64,000 nucleotides of DNA from Nemertoderma westbladi (lineage: Eukaryota; Animalia; Xenacoelomorpha). Positions 61,101 to 64,000 of this stretch are shown piece by piece. Each line of letters starts with the position of its first letter. Within the stretch, counting starts at the first letter, position 1. A program made the position numbers and the translations under genes. The notes beneath the pieces are model-generated. The model was not told the DNA's origin and did no database searches. It saw nothing but the letters and a program-made list of their open reading frames with translations. Location: assembly GCA_032718475.1 (NCBI GenBank), contig JAUCBJ010006711.1:62001-126000 (forward strand), in the 5' to 3' direction.

Positions 61101-64000
61101 AAAATATCCTCTGATTTTTTTCAAAAACCATATCAATTTTCGTATTTATAACTTCTATCCCACTCAACGAGATAAAGTATCTTAAATGAAAGTCAAAAGA
61201 ACAGGTAACACTTACATTTATAGAAGTAATCAGCTGTTATTTGCTACGTCTTTCCGCTGGAGATGGATGAATTTTGATTGCGTTGGAACACCCCCCTATC
61301 TGTGGCTTTCTGAGTGGAGAGATAAGTATCCTATCTCCCTATTAATATTGTTGTGTTCTAGAATATTTTTTATAGTTTCATCGTATTGCCAAAGTGACTA
61401 GAGCTGAAGTTGTCTCATAATTCAATAATTCACCTCAAATATCTCAGCTATTTCATGAACATAATGAAGTATTAAATCCATGTCAAAATCCTTGGTATTT
61501 TTCTGCAATAATTTATCAAAATATCCTCTGATTTTTTTCAAAAACCATATCAATTTTCATATTTATAACTTCTATCCCACTCCACGAGATAGAGAATCTT
61601 AAATGAACGTCAAAAGAACAGGTAACACTTAAATTTATAGAAGTAATCAGCTGGTATTTGCTACGTCTTTCCGCTGGAGATGGATGAATTTTGATTGCGT
61701 TGGAACACCCCCTATCTGTGGCTTTCTGAGTGGAGAGATAAGTATCCTATCCCCCTATTAATATTGATGTGTTCTAGAATATTTTTTATAGTTTCATCGT
61801 ATTGCCAAAGTGACTAGAGCTGAAGTTAACTCATAATACAATAATTCACCTCAAATATCTCAGCTATTTCATGAACATAATGAAGTATTAAAGCCATGTC
61901 AAAATCATTGGTGTTTTTCTGCAATAATTTATCAAAATATCCTCTGATTTTTTTCAAAAACCACATCGATTTTCTTATTTATAACTTCTATCCCACTCCA
62001 CGAGATAGAGAATCTTAAATGAACGTCAAAAGAACAGGTAACACTTACATTTATAGCAGTAATCAGCTGTTATTTGCTACGTCTTTCCGCTGGAGATGGA
62101 TTAATTTTGATTGCGTTGGAACACCCCCTATCTGTGGCTGTCTGAGTGGAGAGATAAGTAGCCTATCTCCCTGTTAATATTGTTGTGTTCTAGAATATTT
62201 ATTATAGTTTCATCCTATTGCCAAAGTGACTAGAGCTGAAGTTGACTCATAATACAATAATTCACCTCAAATATCTCACCTATTTCATGAACATAATGAA
62301 GTATTAAATCCATGTCAAATTCCTTGGTATTTTTCTGCAATAATTTATCAAAATATTCTCTGTTCAAAAACCATATCAATTTTCATATTTATAACTTCTA
62401 TCCCACTCAACGAGATAAAATATCTTAAATGAAAGTCAAAAGAACAGGTAACACTTACATTTATAGAAGTAATCAGCTGTTATTTGCTTCGTCTTTCCAC
62501 TGGAGATGGATGAATCTTGATTGTGTCAGAACACCCCTATCTGTGGCTGTCTGAGTTGAGAGATAAGTAGCCTATCTCCCTATTAATATTGTTGTGTTCT
62601 AGAATATTTATTATAGTTTCATCGCATTGCTAAAGTGGCTGGAGCTAAAGTTATTATGTAATGCAATAATTCACCTCAAATATCTCAGCTATTTCATGAA
62701 CATAATGAAGTATTAAATCCATGTCAAAATCCTTGGTATTTTTCTGGAATAATTTATCAAAATATCCTCTGATTTTTTTCAAAAACCATATCAATTTTCA
62801 TATTTATAACTTCTATCCCACTCCACGACATAAAGAATCTAAAATGAAAGTCAAAAGAACAGGTAACACTTACATTTATAGAAGTAATCAGCTGTTATTT
62901 GCTACGTCTTTCCGCTGGAGATGGATGAATTTTGAGTGTCAGAACACCCCCTATCTGTGGCTGTCTGAGTTGAGAAATAAGTAGCCTATCTCCCTATTAA
63001 TATTGTTGTGTTCTAGAATATTTATTATAGTTTCATCGTATTGCTAAAGTGGCTGGAGCTAAAGTTATTATGTAATGCAATAATTCACCTCAAATATCTC
63101 AGCTATTTCATGAACATAATGAAGTATAAAGCCATGTCAAAATCCTTGGTGTTTTTCTGCAATAATTTATCAAAATATCCTCTGATTTTTTACAAAAACC
63201 ATATCGATTTTCATATTTATAACTTCTATCCCACTCCACGAGATAGAGAATCTTAAATGAACGTCAAAAGAACAGGTAACACTTACATTTATAGCAGTAA
63301 TCAGCTGTTATTTGCTACGTCTTTCCGCTGGAGATGGATTAATTTTGATTGCGTTGGAACACCCCCTATCTGTGGCTTTCTGAGTGGAGAGATAAGTATC
63401 CTATCTCCCTATTAATATTGTTGTGTTCTAGAATATTTTTTATAGTTTCATCGTATTGCCAAAGTGACTAGAGCTGAAGTTAACTCATAATACAATAATT
63501 CACCTCAAATATCTCAGCTATTTCATGAACATAATGAAGTATTAAAGCCATGTCAAAATCATTGGTGTTTTTCTGCAATAATTTATCAAAATATCCTCTG
63601 ATTTTTATCAAAAACCACATCGATTTTCTTATTTATAACTTCTATCCCACTCCACGAGATAGAGAATCTTAAATGAACGTCAAAAGAACAGGTAACACTT
63701 ACATTTATAGCTGTAATCAGCTGTTATTTGCTACGTCTTCCCGCTGGAGATGGATGAATTTTGATTGCGTTGGAACACCCCCTATCTGTGGCTGTCTGAG
63801 TGGAGAGATAAGTAGCCTATCTCCCTGTTAATATTGTTGTGTTCTAGAATATTTATTATAGTTTCATCCTATTGCCAAAGTGACTAGAGCTGAAGTTGAC
63901 TCATAATACAATAATTCACCTCAAATATCTCACCTATTTCATGAACATAATGAAGTATTAAATCCATGTCAAATTCCTTGGTATTTTTCTGCAATAATTT
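43175..64000. repeat. ~416-bp satellite array, block 4 (~50 monomers)
   Basis: Same monomer and orientation, in register across the TSD. Confidence 0.98.

Noticed and set aside
51513-63256. Recurrent 68-93 aa ORFs (MSKSLVFFCNN...) in the satellite
   Set aside because: They appear only where a point variant removes a TAA present in most monomers; the 416-bp period is not a multiple of 3; no recognisable domain
1951-64000. CRISPR array or tandem RNA-gene (5S/snRNA/tRNA) interpretation of the repeat
   Set aside because: No unique spacers, no recognisable RNA gene or Pol III boxes, and a eukaryotic TE context

Overview
Eukaryotic (probably invertebrate animal) heterochromatin. About 39 kb is an AT-rich tandem satellite (~416-bp monomer, ~94 copies, variable higher-order organisation). 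Four insertions interrupt or bound it: (1) the last 1950 bp of a long LTR at the window start; (2) a 1.55-kb non-autonomous piggyBac-like element in a TTAA site; (3) a 2.97-kb non-autonomous TIR element (CCC termini, 2-bp TSD) carrying a CRE-type non-LTR fragment; (4) an 18.6-kb minus-strand BEL/Pao LTR retrotransposon (5-bp TSD ATTTC) whose 5' LTR has been almost wholly replaced by a Penelope-like element. Main highlights: the BEL element carries 11 same-orientation copies of a 20-nt hairpin, in all three reading frames and in non-coding DNA, one copy with a compensatory base-pair change; it has an extra ORF with a DEDDy-type 3'-5' exonuclease domain, a CCHC knuckle and a likely 5'-UTR intron; its LTR holds a tRNA-like Pol III cassette; and all four insertions fall in one ~55-bp window of the satellite monomer. 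Family assignments are from motif recognition by eye; no searches were run.
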